Below are positions 49,143 through 59,024 of a stretch of 64,000 nt of DNA, one piece after another (the first letter of the stretch is position 1; each line of letters begins with the position of its first letter). The notes below the pieces were generated by a model. That model was given only the letters and a program-made list of their open reading frames with translations, made no database searches and had not been told where the DNA came from. The DNA is from Aminipila sp. (GTDB lineage: Bacteria; Bacillota; Clostridia; Peptostreptococcales; Anaerovoracaceae). The stretch covers positions 68,260 through 132,259 of the forward strand of contig DAMCXN010000001.1 of the NCBI GenBank assembly GCA_032096995.1. The letters are read 5' to 3'. The position numbers and the translations under genes were made by a program.

Positions 49143-49325
49143 TTAAATAGTACTAATCAACATCCCCATTACCGCTCCATATAGAGAAGAAATAATCGGA
49201 CTGCTTGTTATTGGGCATGCCCCAGAGGAACAACCTACAAATTTATAATATAAAAAACCTAAACCAGCACCTATAACTGTTCCTATTAACATTCTGATAA
49301 ACAATGCTATAACCCCCTCAAACAT
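49143..49325 (-). CDS. Small membrane protein, DUF6132-like (TTG at 49304 is the likely start)
   Basis: GFLYYKFVGCSSGACPITSSP..S.LYG motif. Confidence 0.8.
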   Translation of the reverse strand: MFEGVIALFIRMLIGTVIGAGLGFLYYKFVGCSSGACPITSSPIISSLYGAVMGMLISTI

Positions 49326-49462
49326 TCCATATACTAAGTGATACTCTTATTTATGGGATTATCATACCAAAATAAAAATTTAATCACTGTGACAAAATCA
49401 CAATAATTACAGTTGATTTTATCTAATCTTTATGTGACTAATTAGTATATTATTTTTGTAAT

Positions 49463-51112
49463 TTACTTATGCCCTAATATTGCATCCAAGTCCTGATCCG
49501 GTGTTGAAATAGGTTTCAAATCAAATTTGTCTACCAATACTTGCAAAATATTTGGCGTAATAAAAGCTGGCAATGTTGGTCCAAGCCTAATATCTTTAAT
49601 TCCTAGTGATAATAAAGCTAATAATATCCCAACCGCCTTTTGTTCATACCAAGAAAGAACTAGTGAAAGGGGTAATTCATTTACAGTACAGTTAAAGGCC
49701 TCTGCTAAAGCTATTGCCACCTGTACTGCAGAATATGAATCACTACATTGTCCACAATCAAGTACTCTTGGGAAACCTGCTACTGTTCCCAAATCAAGCT
49801 TATTAAAACGGAACTTACCACAGGCTAGAGTTAAAATAACTGTATCTTCTGGAGTTTTTTCTGCAAATTCTGTGTAATAATTTCTGCCTGGTCTAGCTCC
49901 ATCACAGCCACCTATTAAGAAGAAGTGCTTAATCTTACCACTTTTAACTGCTTCTACAATTTCATTTGCATGGCTCAAAATAGCATTATGAGCAAAACCA
50001 ATTACTATTCTCTTTTCCTCTTCATCTTCTTGCCATCCACCTAGTTCTAATGCTTTTTCAATAATAGGAGTAAAATCTTTTTTCCCATTTACCTCTTCAA
50101 TATGTGGACAATCAGGCATACCTACTATACTAGTTGTAAATAATCTATCTTTATAACTTTCTCTTGGTTTCTGAACGCAGTTAGTTGTCATTAATATACA
50201 TCCAGGTATACCATCAAATTCTTCCTGCTGCTTCTGCCATGCTCCTCCAAAGTTTCCAATTAAATGCTTATATTTTTTTAGTTCAGGATATGCGTTGGCA
50301 GGTAGCATTTCACAGTGAGTATAAATATTAATGCCTTTACCTTCTGTCTCCTCTAATAATGCTTTTAAATCCTTAAAATCATGACCTGAAACAATAATGA
50401 ATGGGCCTTTTTTCTTTGTTATTAATACATTTGTTGGCTCAGGATGTCCAAAAGTACCCGTAACAGCAGCATCTAATAATCCCATACATTTAAGATCTGT
50501 ATTTCCAAGCTCCATGTTAAGATTAAATAGATCATCAACAGTTAAGCTATCATCAATAGTTCCTGATAATCCTTTATAGAAAAAATTATTTACCTCATCA
50601 TCAAACTTACCTAATATATATGCATGATGAGCATAAGCCGCCATTCCCTTAAAACCATAGATTAATAACTCTCTTAAAGAACGAATATCCATATCTAAAC
50701 TTTCATCCGCCATTATACCTACTTTTTCTGCTTCGTCTGCCAATTTTTCCATAGAACTTGGTGCCTTATATTTAGCTGCTTCAGGTACATTATCTAATTC
50801 ACCAGCAGCTTTACTAAGCTCTTCTTTTATTTCTTCTGCTTCTTTAATATACTCAACAAACCTATCTGGGTCAAAATTAACATTGGTAAGAGTTGCAAAC
50901 ATAGCATCTACCACAAATTTGCTGATTTCACTTCTTATCTTTAATCCTTTTTCTAAGTTTTTCTGACCATAAAATCCAATACCTTTTAATTCATGAATTA
51001 ATACATCTTGCAAATTTGCAACTGTAGGAATTTTTCCGCACACACCAGATTTAACGCAGCCTTTGCCACCTAAAGTCTGCTCACACTGATAACAGAACAT
51101 TGCATTTTCCAT
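49463..51112 (-). CDS. hcp: Hydroxylamine reductase (hybrid cluster protein)
   Basis: MFCYQCEQT..GC...GVCGK, SGHD, THCEMLP, GGCDG, GQCSD and SWYEQKA motifs. Confidence 0.97.
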   Translation of the reverse strand: MENAMFCYQCEQTLGGKGCVKSGVCGKIPTVANLQDVLIHELKGIGFYGQKNLEKGLKIRSEISKFVVDAMFATLTNVNFDPDRFVEYIKEAEEIKEELSKAAGELDNVPEAAKYKAPSSMEKLADEAEKVGIMADESLDMDIRSLRELLIYGFKGMAAYAHHAYILGKFDDEVNNFFYKGLSGTIDDSLTVDDLFNLNMELGNTDLKCMGLLDAAVTGTFGHPEPTNVLITKKKGPFIIVSGHDFKDLKALLEETEGKGINIYTHCEMLPANAYPELKKYKHLIGNFGGAWQKQQEEFDGIPGCILMTTNCVQKPRESYKDRLFTTSIVGMPDCPHIEEVNGKKDFTPIIEKALELGGWQEDEEEKRIVIGFAHNAILSHANEIVEAVKSGKIKHFFLIGGCDGARPGRNYYTEFAEKTPEDTVILTLACGKFRFNKLDLGTVAGFPRVLDCGQCSDSYSAVQVAIALAEAFNCTVNELPLSLVLSWYEQKAVGILLALLSLGIKDIRLGPTLPAFITPNILQVLVDKFDLKPISTPDQDLDAILGHK

Positions 51113-51236
51113 AATTAGACCATCCTTTTCTATTTTAATATACATATTAGTTTTACAAATTTCACAAAATTTATTAGTCCTATATGGCATAATGTTCTAT
51201 ATAAATATTTTTATATTTAATTATGTGAAAGTTATA

Positions 51237-52298
51237 TTAATTTTGACTAAATTTATTTATAGATAGTTTATAGTGCTGCTCATGTTCAGGCTTAAGTAAA
51301 GATACTTCCTTCCATTTTTCATTTTCTTTTATATATTCATGTAGCAAAATATCATCACCATTGGTAAGTCGTACAAAATCCAGCCTATATTGATTAGCCT
51401 CACCGTTAACATATACTTTTATATAATTATTCTCTATCTCTGTATGGTCAATTCTTAGATTCATTCTATACCAATCATTATATATAATATCTATAATCCA
51501 ATCATAGAAATAATCCCACCCATGCCATGGATGACACATATAAACCTCTGGCAAATAATCTACAGATTTTATTTTCCATCCTTCTTTTTCATCATACTCT
51601 GTTGTCACAATCCCATAATAATACTCAAAATAATTGGGAAGTCTTTTAATAGTTTTATCATTATTTTTTTCTTTATGACCTTTAAGGATCTCCACTTCTA
51701 CAAAATAATATTTAATATTATCAGGAGTATTGGCAGGTTGAAAAGCAGGCCCAATATGTAACAAATTTATGGCACCAGTTCCTTTAAAGGAATCTTTAAA
51801 TTCTTCTAAAGTAATATTTTCTTTTGTATCATTGCTAAATAATTCATATGCATAAGGATATGGAGAATCCATCCATGCTATTGTGCCGCATCCTCCATAA
51901 TACCCTCTCATATTTGCTGCACTTTTAAGAATAGAGTAATACCCATGAATAACATCTTCTGAAGACTGATATATTGTTGGAAATCCTTCAGCAACATATG
52001 GCGGAACTTTGTTACTTTCTTTTGGTCCTTTAAAATCAAATTTTAACTTTACAGCTGGCAATTTAGAAGGTCTTTGAAATCTTTCATCTAAAGCATAATT
52101 TTCATTATCATTAAAATTTCCTACTTTGTTATCTCTTTCTAGATTTTCTTCAACATGCATAAAAGCCCCAATACTATATTTATCATTAGAATAAAAATTT
52201 TTAATAGCTAGAATTCCAATTACTATTAAGGTCAATAAAACAACTACTAAAACTACTCTTATTAACAATTTTTTAAGCTTTTTCATATTTATATACAT
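51237..52298 (-). CDS. Hypothetical membrane-anchored protein
   Basis: N-terminal TM; GGCGT and CHPWHGW segments; long ORF with RBS. Confidence 0.7.
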   Translation of the reverse strand: MYINMKKLKKLLIRVVLVVVLLTLIVIGILAIKNFYSNDKYSIGAFMHVEENLERDNKVGNFNDNENYALDERFQRPSKLPAVKLKFDFKGPKESNKVPPYVAEGFPTIYQSSEDVIHGYYSILKSAANMRGYYGGCGTIAWMDSPYPYAYELFSNDTKENITLEEFKDSFKGTGAINLLHIGPAFQPANTPDNIKYYFVEVEILKGHKEKNNDKTIKRLPNYFEYYYGIVTTEYDEKEGWKIKSVDYLPEVYMCHPWHGWDYFYDWIIDIIYNDWYRMNLRIDHTEIENNYIKVYVNGEANQYRLDFVRLTNGDDILLHEYIKENEKWKEVSLLKPEHEQHYKLSINKFSQN

Positions 52299-52372
52299 CT
52301 TGCCACCACACCTTCCTATTTAAATATAATAAGTAGTAATGAATTAATGTCTAAAAAAGAAAAAACTGTATA

Positions 52373-52403
52373 TAAAAAGCTGAGGTAAAACCTCAGCTTT
52401 TTA
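52373..52403. terminator. Terminator after DUF1653/glmS
   Basis: AAAAAGCTGAGG-TAAAA-CCTCAGCTTTTT. Confidence 0.88.
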
Positions 52404-52429
52404 TTGCATAAATATAATATCTTATTTTA

Positions 52430-52669
52430 TTAAGCTTCACACTCTTCAAATCTATAAAACGTTTTTCCTTCACGTTCAATTCTCTCTAAAAACATTTCAA
52501 GCGGCCTTACCCATATACCCCGTTCTCCATAAAGTGCCTGATATACTACCATATCCTCCAAAGTTTCTGAATGCTTTGCTAAATGCAAAACAAGATACTC
52601 ATTTCCTTTAAAATGTCTATATTTCTTACCAACTTTTATAGTGCGATTGTTTACTTGTGTTTCATTCAT
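52430..52669 (-). CDS. DUF1653 domain protein
   Basis: YRHFKG..Y.V..LAKHSET.E.MVVYQALYG...WVRP..MF motif. Confidence 0.93.
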   Translation of the reverse strand: MNETQVNNRTIKVGKKYRHFKGNEYLVLHLAKHSETLEDMVVYQALYGERGIWVRPLEMFLERIEREGKTFYRFEECEA

Positions 52670-52674
52670 AGTAA

Positions 52675-54513
52675 TTACTCCACAGTTACACTCTTTGCTA
52701 AGTTCTTAGGCTTATCGATATCACAGCCTCTTTCTTTAGCAATATAGTAGGCTAAAATCTGTAGTGGTACAACAGATAGTAAAGGTGATACTTCATCCAT
52801 GCAATCTGGAATATAAATAACCCTATCTGCTTGCTTTTCAATTTCCTTGTTACCTTCTTTTGCAAGGCCAATTACATAAGCACCTCTTGCCTTAACCTCT
52901 TGTATATTTGAAAGCATTTTTTCATAAAGCTTATCTTGAGTTGCAAGAGCTATCACAAGAGTATCTTTTTCAATAAGAGCAATAGTTCCGTGTTTAAGTT
53001 CCCCTGCTGCAATAGCAAAAGAGTTAATATACGATATTTCTTTAAGCTTCAATGAACCTTCATAAGAAACTCCTGCATCAGGACCTCTTCCAATAAAGAA
53101 TACTTGCTCTCTCTGATAGAGTTCCTTAGATAAATCGTGTATTGACGATTCACTTTTTAGCAATTCTGTTAACTTATTAGGAATTTCTTTTAATTCTTCC
53201 ATATATTCATTATATTTTTCATCAGGAAGAACTCCCTTTGTGCTTCCCATATAAAGTCCTATTAGATACATACACATTAACTGTGTTGTATAAGCCTTTG
53301 TTGATGCCACTGCAATCTCTGGTCCTGCCCAAGTATAGAAAACATCATCTGATTCACGAGCAACCGAACTTCCTACTACGTTAACAACTGATAAAATTCT
53401 AGCTCCTTTGCTCTTAGCCTCTCTAAGTGCTGCTAAAGTGTCTAGCGTTTCTCCTGATTGACTAATAGCTATGAATAAGGTTTTATCATCCACGAAAGGA
53501 TCTCTATATCTAAATTCAGAAGCCACATCTAGTTCTACTGGAATCTTAGCAAGATTTTCTATAACAAACTTCCCAACTAATCCCGCATGATATGCTGTAC
53601 CACAAGCAACAATAAACACTTTATTAAAGCCCTCAATATCTTCTTTAGTCATATTGATTCCATCAAGTTTAATCTTTCCATCTTCCTCAATACGTCTAGT
53701 TAAAGTCTCATAAAGTCCCTTCGGCTGCTCATGAATTTCCTTAAGCATGAAATGGTCATATCCTTCTTTTTCAGCGGCCTCTGCATCCCAAGTCACGTGG
53801 AATACTTCACGCTTAACTAATTTACGGTCTTCATTATAAATTTTCACATCATTTGACGTAACTACTACAGTTTCGTTATTTTCAATTAAATAAATTTCTC
53901 TAACATGCTTTAACAATGCAGGAATATCTGATGCAATGAAATTACAACCTTTACCAAGTCCCGCAATAAGAGGAGCGTCTTTTCTTACAGCAACAAGTTT
54001 ATCAGGTTCAGCAGCTGCTATAACACCTATAGCATAAGCCCCTCTCATCTTGTCAACAGCTTTATATACTGCCTCTTGAAGATCTCCATCATAGTAAATA
54101 CCAATCAAATGCGCTATAACTTCTGTATCCGTTTCAGACTTAAACTGAACTCCAAATTCTCTTGAAAGCCATTCTTTTATTTCTACATAATTCTCAATAA
54201 TACCATTATGTACTACTGCTATTGTATCATCACCATTGCAATGTGGATGAGAATTTAAATCTGATGGGGCTCCATGGGTAGCCCATCTTGTATGACCAAT
54301 ACCCACGTTGCTATCTAAAGTCTCCCCTGACATTAAATTTTCAAGATTTGATATTCTTCCTACATGTTTTCTGACTTCAAGCTTTCCGCCTATATTTAAA
54401 GCCACTCCTGATGAATCATATCCTCTATATTCTAATTTTTTTAAGCCATCTATAATAATGTCTTTTGCATTTTTTTCATTGCTTTTACCAACGTATCCTA
54501 CTATTCCACACAT
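52675..54513 (-). CDS. glmS: Glutamine--fructose-6-phosphate transaminase (isomerizing)
   Basis: MCGIVG, LEYRGYDS, GHTRWATHG, SQSGET and PKNLAKSVTVE motifs. Confidence 0.99.
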   Translation of the reverse strand: MCGIVGYVGKSNEKNAKDIIIDGLKKLEYRGYDSSGVALNIGGKLEVRKHVGRISNLENLMSGETLDSNVGIGHTRWATHGAPSDLNSHPHCNGDDTIAVVHNGIIENYVEIKEWLSREFGVQFKSETDTEVIAHLIGIYYDGDLQEAVYKAVDKMRGAYAIGVIAAAEPDKLVAVRKDAPLIAGLGKGCNFIASDIPALLKHVREIYLIENNETVVVTSNDVKIYNEDRKLVKREVFHVTWDAEAAEKEGYDHFMLKEIHEQPKGLYETLTRRIEEDGKIKLDGINMTKEDIEGFNKVFIVACGTAYHAGLVGKFVIENLAKIPVELDVASEFRYRDPFVDDKTLFIAISQSGETLDTLAALREAKSKGARILSVVNVVGSSVARESDDVFYTWAGPEIAVASTKAYTTQLMCMYLIGLYMGSTKGVLPDEKYNEYMEELKEIPNKLTELLKSESSIHDLSKELYQREQVFFIGRGPDAGVSYEGSLKLKEISYINSFAIAAGELKHGTIALIEKDTLVIALATQDKLYEKMLSNIQEVKARGAYVIGLAKEGNKEIEKQADRVIYIPDCMDEVSPLLSVVPLQILAYYIAKERGCDIDKPKNLAKSVTVE

Positions 54514-54525
54514 ATAAGTGTCCTC

Positions 54526-55875
54526 CTAACCCAATCTCTTTGTTATCAAAAGTGCCAACTCCTGAGCTAGCTTTGTTATATGATCTATGTCTTTGCCTTC
54601 AATCATAACTCTCACAAGAGGTTCTGTTCCTGAGGGTCTAATCAATACTCTTCCCTCTCCAACCATCATTTCTTCCACCCTTGCAATTTCGGCACTAACT
54701 TCAGGATCCTCCATATATTTTTTCTTATTCTCATTCTTAATAGATGCATTCTTTAAAACCTGAGGATAAATAGTAATCTCATCTGACATTTCTGAAGGCT
54801 TTTTACCACTAGCTTTTATAGCCTTTACAAGTTGCAATGCAGATAATACTCCATCCCCTGTGGTTGTATAATTTAAGAAAATAATATGTCCCGATTGTTC
54901 TCCACCTATAACACCACCTGTTTTAAGCATACTTTCTAAAACATATCTATCTCCTACCTGAGTTACTTCTACATTACATCCCATCTCTTCTACAGCCTTA
55001 TGAAAGCCAAGATTACTCATAACAGTAGCAGTTACTTTATCTTTAACTAAAAGCCCTTTGTCTTTTAGCATCTTTGCGCACATTACTATAGTTTTATCCC
55101 CATCTATTATGCGACCAAGTTCATCTACTGCAATTAATCTGTCAGCATCACCATCAAAAGCAAGACCTAAATCTGCTTTTTCTGAAATGACTCTTGCCTG
55201 TAGATCCTCAGGATGCGTAGATCCACACCCCTCATTAATGTTTATTCCATCTGGATTGTTTGCCATTACAATAGTATCAGCACCTAGTTCTTTAAAAACT
55301 TTTTCTGCCACTTTATAAGAAGCACCATTTGCACAATCCAGAACGATTTTCATGTTATCCAATTTTATATCAATAGTGCTCTTAAGGAATTTACAATATA
55401 ACTCTAAAGCATCATGTTCAGCTTCTAAGCATTTTCCTAATTTATCTCCTGTAATGTGGCTATTTACGTCTATATTTCTTATGATGATATCTTCTATTTG
55501 TTCTTCTAATTCATCATCAAGCTTAAAACCTTCACTATTAAAAAATTTAATTCCATTATACTCAAATGTGTTATGTGATGCCGATATTACGACACCTGCT
55601 GTTGCTTTATAGTACTTTACAAGATATGCTACTGCTGGAGTAGGTAAAACTCCAACTTTAATAACATTGCCACCCATAGCAAGAATTCCTGCACTAAGAG
55701 CGTCTTCTAACATGTCCCCTGATATTCTTGTATCTTTTCCAATTAGAACAACTGGCTTTCCTTCCTCTTTGCTAAGCACATATGCTCCTGCTTTACCTAA
55801 ATTAAAAGCCAAATCTGGAGTAAGTTCTGAATTAGCTACACCTCTTACACCATCAGTTCCAAATAATCTTCCCAT
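54526..55875 (-). CDS. glmM: Phosphoglucosamine mutase
   Basis: MGRLFGTDGVRG, ISASHN, DGDADR and RPSGTEP motifs; AGGAGG RBS before ATG at 55875. Confidence 0.98.
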   Translation of the reverse strand: MGRLFGTDGVRGVANSELTPDLAFNLGKAGAYVLSKEEGKPVVLIGKDTRISGDMLEDALSAGILAMGGNVIKVGVLPTPAVAYLVKYYKATAGVVISASHNTFEYNGIKFFNSEGFKLDDELEEQIEDIIIRNIDVNSHITGDKLGKCLEAEHDALELYCKFLKSTIDIKLDNMKIVLDCANGASYKVAEKVFKELGADTIVMANNPDGININEGCGSTHPEDLQARVISEKADLGLAFDGDADRLIAVDELGRIIDGDKTIVMCAKMLKDKGLLVKDKVTATVMSNLGFHKAVEEMGCNVEVTQVGDRYVLESMLKTGGVIGGEQSGHIIFLNYTTTGDGVLSALQLVKAIKASGKKPSEMSDEITIYPQVLKNASIKNENKKKYMEDPEVSAEIARVEEMMVGEGRVLIRPSGTEPLVRVMIEGKDIDHITKLAQELALLITKRLG

Positions 55876-55981
55876 TAAAAATATCCTCCTAAAATCTATA
55901 TAAATTCCTCTTTCTCTTAAATATATGTTTTTCATATAATAGGAAATTCTATTGATATTTCCTATTATATGAAAAACGAGG

Positions 55982-57184
55982 TTATACCGCCTCGTTAATC
56001 GTAATGTGTATCTCACTAGGTGTTAATACTAATTCCGACATACCATCAATTTCATCAATCGTCAACGGAACAGTATATATACCTGGTTCTAATCCTGTCA
56101 CATCTATAGAAAGTTTAATATCTTTCTGATTTAGAGTTTCTATATCAGCTTCTTTTCCTGAAGCTTTAACTGCAACACTTTCAGTGTTCACAACAAGAGA
56201 AAGATTTTCTCCTAATCCTGTAGCAGAAATACTACTATTTGGTACTTCAAATTCTTTTATACTTATACCTTTTATAATAATACTAACGGATATATCCTTA
56301 GAACTATTTGCTAACATTATTCCTTTTGGTAAATCTACAGAGATTGGAATCTCAGTGGTAGCTGTTACATCACTGATATCTATCGCTTGTGCTGTCACCC
56401 TCTCCACTTTCTGTAGGTTTTCTTTTAGTCCCTTAATCTTTACCTTTTTAGGAACGTTCATTCCTGTTACTTGATAAGCCTTGGAAACTTCCCCAGATAC
56501 TTCAACATCTAAAGGGACCTCTTTAGTTTGGTAAACTGCAGCTTCAATGTTAGCAGTATCTGACGATAGCTTAACATTCTTTACAGTCTCACCATTTTCA
56601 TTTAAAGTTGATAGTCCTGTTTGAAATACTTTTGTTTTATCTGTTAGTGTAGAGACATCAATAGTTGCATTAACCGAATTGACATCAGCTACTTTTGATT
56701 TAGCCCCTTTTACTTCTACCTCTTTTGGTGTTATATTCAGTACAGTTGCTTCATATTTAGAAGAAACTGCTCCATCAAAAACAACATTTATAGGCTTATA
56801 TACTGATACTAATTCTTCTATGTTTACTGCAAGCCTAGTAGTTTTTTGGTCTGCTACGCTAACAGTATCTGGCACCGTTACAGTTACTGGAATATAGTTT
56901 TCTCCCACACCGTATCCAAATACATCCGCCTTAGCAATTATATCATTAGATGATATCTTTAATACATTCGAACGTGTTCCTTCTATAACAATGTCCATAA
57001 AATAGTTTTCATCAGAGTTTATAGCAAGACCTCTCTGATTTAAACTCTCGGCATTTACTATCTGAATTGGCACATTTGGTATTTTTATTTTAGTCGGCGG
57101 ATTTTCAACGGTTACTACATATATCCACAAAGAAATCGCCAAAACTAGTGACAGCAATTTTGTAAAATTTTTATTTTGCAGCAT
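55982..57184 (-). CDS. cdaR: CdaR (YbbR-domain) regulator of diadenylate cyclase
   Basis: KLLSLVLAISLWIYV TM followed by repeated YbbR-like domains; sits between cdaA and glmM. Confidence 0.9.
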   Translation of the reverse strand: MLQNKNFTKLLSLVLAISLWIYVVTVENPPTKIKIPNVPIQIVNAESLNQRGLAINSDENYFMDIVIEGTRSNVLKISSNDIIAKADVFGYGVGENYIPVTVTVPDTVSVADQKTTRLAVNIEELVSVYKPINVVFDGAVSSKYEATVLNITPKEVEVKGAKSKVADVNSVNATIDVSTLTDKTKVFQTGLSTLNENGETVKNVKLSSDTANIEAAVYQTKEVPLDVEVSGEVSKAYQVTGMNVPKKVKIKGLKENLQKVERVTAQAIDISDVTATTEIPISVDLPKGIMLANSSKDISVSIIIKGISIKEFEVPNSSISATGLGENLSLVVNTESVAVKASGKEADIETLNQKDIKLSIDVTGLEPGIYTVPLTIDEIDGMSELVLTPSEIHITINEAV

Positions 57185-58031
57185 CGTTCTTTCTCCCCAA
57201 TATATTAAAAATTGCAGCTAAACTTTTTGCAGCTACATTCTTTTCATCTACAGTAGCATTTAAAAACAAGTTTAGTAATGTTTTTTCTACTGTCTTAATA
57301 TCTAAAAACCTGGATAATTTACCATCTACAGCAATAGATATTATACCAGTTTCCTCAGATACAATAATTGTAATCGCATCGGAGTTTTCGGTAATACCAA
57401 TACCGGCTCTATGTCTTGTTCCAAGTTCCTTTGATAAGTTTTTATTTTGAGTTAAAGGTAATACACAGCCAGCTGCGTAAATTTTATCTCCTCTAACTAT
57501 AACTGCTCCATCATGCAATGGAGCTCCTTCATAAAAAATATTTCCTAAAATTTCTGTTGATATTTCTGCATTTAAAATAGTTCCTGTCTCAGCGATGTCT
57601 GTAAGAGAAGTTTCTCTTTCTAAAATAATAAGAGCACCAACTTTATTGGCTGAAAAATCATCTACAGCTTTAATAAACTGAGCAGTAATATTTTTTGCTT
57701 TTTCTTTATCAAACTGACCAAAAGGAGCCTTTACCAATTTACTTCTTCCTACATATTCTAGCCCTCTTCTTAGTTCAGGTTGGAAAACTATAACTAAAGC
57801 TAATACACCTAAGGTCATTGTTCCCTTTAAAATCCAATTTAAAGTATATAAATGAAGCTGTTCAGAAGCTATAGTTGTAAGCACTAAAACAAGCAGACCC
57901 TTTACTAATTGCTCTGCTCTTGACTCTCTTATAAATCCTAGGATCTTATATATTACAAATGCCACAATAAAAACATCTACGGCATCGGCAATACTAATAC
58001 CGGATACTATGTTGCTAATATAATTCTGCAT
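57171..58031 (-). CDS. cdaA: Diadenylate cyclase CdaA
   Basis: Three TM segments, FQPELRR, PLHDGA and GTRHRA motifs. Confidence 0.97.
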   Translation of the reverse strand: MQNYISNIVSGISIADAVDVFIVAFVIYKILGFIRESRAEQLVKGLLVLVLTTIASEQLHLYTLNWILKGTMTLGVLALVIVFQPELRRGLEYVGRSKLVKAPFGQFDKEKAKNITAQFIKAVDDFSANKVGALIILERETSLTDIAETGTILNAEISTEILGNIFYEGAPLHDGAVIVRGDKIYAAGCVLPLTQNKNLSKELGTRHRAGIGITENSDAITIIVSEETGIISIAVDGKLSRFLDIKTVEKTLLNLFLNATVDEKNVAAKSLAAIFNILGRKNDAAK

Positions 58032-58122
58032 ACTTTTTCCCCTATTCTATCCCTTTCATTACCCTACCTTCATTGTACAAAAAAAATGCAGTATTTTCAA
58101 TAGTTAAAGTGTGCTATAGTTC

Positions 58123-58158
58123 AAAAAATAGCAGGGAGAAGCTCCCTGCTATTTTTTT
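58123..58158. terminator. Terminator after hpf
   Basis: AAAAAATAGCAGGGAG..CTCCCTGCTATTTTTT. Confidence 0.9.
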
Positions 58159-58178
58159 ATGTTATTATTTTGTAAAAA

Positions 58179-58706
58179 TTAATATACTGTTTCAATTAAA
58201 CCGTAATCTCCATTCTTTCTCTCATAAACTATGTTAACAGATTCTGTATCCATGTTCATAAATACAAAGAAAGAATGTCCTAACAATTCCATCTGCATTA
58301 TAGCTTCTTCTACATTCATAGGAGAAATTTCTATTTTTTTCTTTTTAGCAATGGACATATCCTCTTGTTCTTCCTCATAATCAGGAATCTCTGCAAACAT
58401 GAAGCCTTTGTTGTCCTTATGCTTTTTTTGAAGTTTTGTTTTAAATCTTGACATCTGTGTAGATAATTTATCAACAACCCCATCAATTGCATCATATGCA
58501 ACTTCAGCAGACTCCTCTGCTCTAAAAATAGTTCCTCCTGCATTTATAGTTGCCTCTATTTTTTGTTTGCCTTTCTCCGCAGAAACCATTACATTTGCTA
58601 CAATCTCGTTGGAAAAATATTTACTAAGTTTTCCTAGTTTCTTTTCAATTTTGTCTTTTAAATAATCACTTGAACTTAGGTTTTTACTAGTTATTATAAT
58701 CTTCAT
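58179..58706 (-). CDS. hpf: Ribosome hibernation promoting factor (long HPF/RaiA)
   Basis: IEKKLGKLSKYF, YDAID.VVDKL and PMNVEEAIMQMELLGHSFFVF...YGLIE motifs. Confidence 0.96.
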   Translation of the reverse strand: MKIIITSKNLSSSDYLKDKIEKKLGKLSKYFSNEIVANVMVSAEKGKQKIEATINAGGTIFRAEESAEVAYDAIDGVVDKLSTQMSRFKTKLQKKHKDNKGFMFAEIPDYEEEQEDMSIAKKKKIEISPMNVEEAIMQMELLGHSFFVFMNMDTESVNIVYERKNGDYGLIETVY

Positions 58707-58800
58707 ATAAATGCCCTCCCTTTTCATTGAGTTGTTGTTTATATTATACCACTAGCTTTCGACATTTTCCATAATTTTCTGAAAAACGCAAATAAAAAAA

Positions 58801-58994
58801 TATTAAGGTAAGGTGACTGCTCAGCTGACCTGGTCTTTGACCCCACACTTGCCTTTACCTGACTTTGTCAGAGGACTTACTTCTAAGCTACGCCATGATC
58901 ACTGCCGCCTTGCGGACCAGCTTACGTGGATCCCTTTGCCCGTAACTGGCTTGGACTTTCAACCACAGACCTAAACAGTCACCTTACCCTAATA
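58801..58994 (-). ncRNA. raiA-motif RNA
   Basis: Conserved blocks GTGGTTGAAAGTC, GCCAG, GGCAAA..GATCCACGTAAG, CATGG, GCTTAGAAGTAAGTCCT and GTGTGGGGTCAAAGACCAGGTCA; terminal helix; comF-hpf location. Confidence 0.93.
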
Positions 58995-59024
58995 TATGTT
59001 CCAAATAAAACAATTATAATATTG

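Noticed and set aside
58801..58994. Long terminal inverted repeats suggesting a MITE
   Set aside because: The arms contain G-U-type mismatches that pair only as minus-strand RNA, and the interior matches raiA-motif blocks.
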